64,000 bases of DNA from Octopus bimaculoides (lineage: Eukaryota), in assembly GCF_001194135.2 (NCBI RefSeq), contig NC_068988.1:27977823-28041822 (forward strand). Direction: 5' to 3'. Every line of letters begins with the position of its first letter. The stretch's first letter is position 1. The notes beneath the pieces were generated by a model. That model was not told where the DNA came from and made no database searches. It saw only the letters and a program-made list of their open reading frames with translations. Shown in pieces: positions 61,975-64,000 of the stretch. The position numbers were made by a program, and so were the translations under genes.

Positions 61975-62338
61975 TTATTACCTCTGCCTTAGCGAAGACA
62001 GAGGTATTGTTTTCAGTTGTGTTTGTTTATCTGTAGACAAGATATCTCAAGAAACCACTGGATGGATTCAGATGAAAATTTCAGGGATGCTTGGCCTCAT
62101 GATTTGCATGAACTGATTAGATTTTGGGATCGATCCAGTACCGGACAAGAATTCTGGATTATTTTTCCTGTTTTTTATTTAATTTTTGAGAGCAGTCGGG
62201 TTCATTTTTAGTATTCTCATTTGTGAGAGCAGTCAAGTTTATTTAAGATATTCTCATTTTAAAAGTCATCTCCAGCTAATCGTTGAGAGGACATTGGTGT
62301 TGCTTTCGCAGAGGTTTGCACTCTCTGAGTGCTCTTAT
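61975..62338 (+). mobile_element. HINE/DINE-1-like non-autonomous Helentron element
   Basis: 5' subTIR attacctctgcc with local inverted copy gacagaggta; 3' subTIR gcagaggt; terminal hairpin gcactc-tct-gagtgc; internal ~37-bp tandem repeat (~62184-62260). Confidence 0.6.
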
Positions 62339-63399
62339 TAATATTGATATTGGTGAATTTGAACATTTTCTTAGCAGGTAAACAACTATTTCTACTGAAT
62401 ATGAATATGTCAGTCAAAAGTTCACATATGAGTGACCGTCAAAATTAGAGCTTTGTGAGACTGAAAACGTGGACTGAATTTAAATACTTTTAGCTGTTCC
62501 AGCACCATGACACCAACTACTACTACAGCTACATCTAGCATCACCAATAGTATCAGTGTAGGCAGTTGCCTTCACCAAGACTACTTCCAGTCAACAACTA
62601 GCCATCCATGGCTGACTCCAATTTGACCTCTGTGAGTTGTTGCTGCTACAACACTTGCCCATTGGTGCCACCACGACTTACAGACACTGCAGGGTCAGTC
62701 TACACAACTATCTGATCATGGGCCTTTGTGCCTGAAATATATAAAGGTTGCGAAAATTTTCCCTTTTCTCATTGTAAGAAGCTCTCTTCATTATTTTGTT
62801 ATTTTACTTTTAAGACTAATCCCTACATCCCAATTTTTTTTTCTCTTTTTACTTACTAAATCTGGAGGAAGAAGTAGTACCAATGACCTTTGTACACCCT
62901 CCAAGATCAGGGAGCCTAACATAATTAATGTTCTACTTAAGCATCCATAAATGCAATATAAAAGTTTTTTCATCAGTTAAATGGTAATCCTATAGCCCTG
63001 CTTTATTCCACCCAAGATGGAGATATCTAAAAATGGCATGTCTGTATGTACTCACACACCTACAGTACATGCTGGTTGGGTATATAAGACAAACCCAGAA
63101 TTTACTTTTAAAATGTAGAAGACTACCTGGCAATATTTTGCTCTTGATACAGAAGCTTGGAGGCATGTAGATGTGGCAGAGTTTAACACCTCTGCAATTG
63201 ATGTGATCTTTATCTGAATGTATGTAATTAATAACAATAGATGCAGTATCAATACCGAAAGGTAATGTTTATCTCCACTTAAAATACAATGTTGTGTTAG
63301 AACACAGAATGCTGCAATATTTACGAGAGAAACTCTCATATGGACTTGTGATGCATATACACTCATGTTTATATTGCTAGCAGGAGATAATCTTTTCTA

Positions 63400-63595
63400 T
63401 CACTGCCACAACATGTGACTTCAGCCTTCTTTGACCTTGTCAGTGGTAGATACCTGAAGCTAGATTTATTTTATTTTAATATAACCTTAACATTAATCCA
63501 GCTTCCCAAGTATATCTGGTCCCCATTGCTATTAGTGACACTCCAAACCATGATGACCCCTGATTCAAGGGTAAAATTGTTAAGGCTTGAATTCC
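63400..63595 (-). mobile_element. Possible Tc1-like transposase scrap
   Basis: GVIMVWSVTNSNG resembles the Tc1 VMVWG motif; otherwise weak. Confidence 0.3.
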
Positions 63596-64000
63596 TTCCG
63601 ATACACTGATTTTCGATTTTCGAGTGAGATCGTTGCCAGAGCCCCTGGACTGGCTCTTGTGCGGGTGGCACATAAAAGACACCATTTTGAGCGTGGCCGT
63701 TGCCAGTACCACCTGACTGGCCTTCGTGCGGGTGACACGTAAAAGCACCCACTGCACTCTCTGAGTGGTTAGCGTTTGGAAGGGCATCCAGCTGTAGAAA
63801 CTCTGCCAAATTAGATTGGAGCCTGGTGTTGCCATCCGGTTTCACCAGTCACCAGTCTCCAGTCAAATCGTCCAACTCATGCTAGCATGGAAAGCGGACG
63901 TTAAACGATGATGATGATGACACTGACATACAAGATGTATAGCTATTTGTAAGTTTTAAAGAAAACTAATATCAACAAATAATGTTAAAATATAAGTGGT

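Noticed and set aside
62480-62720. GC-richer Thr/Ser-coding-like stretch
   Set aside because: Stops occur in the frames I checked and there are no convincing splice sites; cannot support a second gene.
55714-63845. ORFs such as 55714-56001, 59920-60210, 60943-61221, 63471-63845 with a recurring LQLDALP motif
   Set aside because: Chance frames of the GC-rich family D repeat; no conserved start or domain.

Overview
AT-rich, intron-rich, microsatellite- and SINE-dense eukaryotic DNA with five N-gaps. The repeat landscape looks octopus/cephalopod-like (inferred, not shown). I assembled by hand one 5'-incomplete protein-coding gene on the + strand: a Milton/TRAK1-2 family mitochondrial kinesin adaptor. 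It has 12 phase-compatible GT-AG exons from 1319 to the stop at 43784 (750 aa in the window; 779 aa with an extra 87-nt cassette exon at 31892-31978). They encode the HAP1_N coiled coil, the Milton/TRAK C-terminal motifs and a Ser/Thr/Asn-rich tail. The ORF track misses most of these exons. The rest is intron, a probable long 3' UTR, and mobile-element remnants: several tRNA-derived SINE families with swappable tails, an RTE-like 3'-end family, LINE RT, Tigger, mariner, hAT and piggyBac MITEs, and a HINE-like element. The most notable observations are a palindromic element whose two arms reconstruct a hammerhead-ribozyme-like core, unannotated or alternative exons of the TRAK gene, an inverted SINE pair next to an exon, nested insertions with readable TSDs, and intragenic block duplications. 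I cannot claim a confirmed novel system. No CRISPR, rRNA or intact tRNA was seen.
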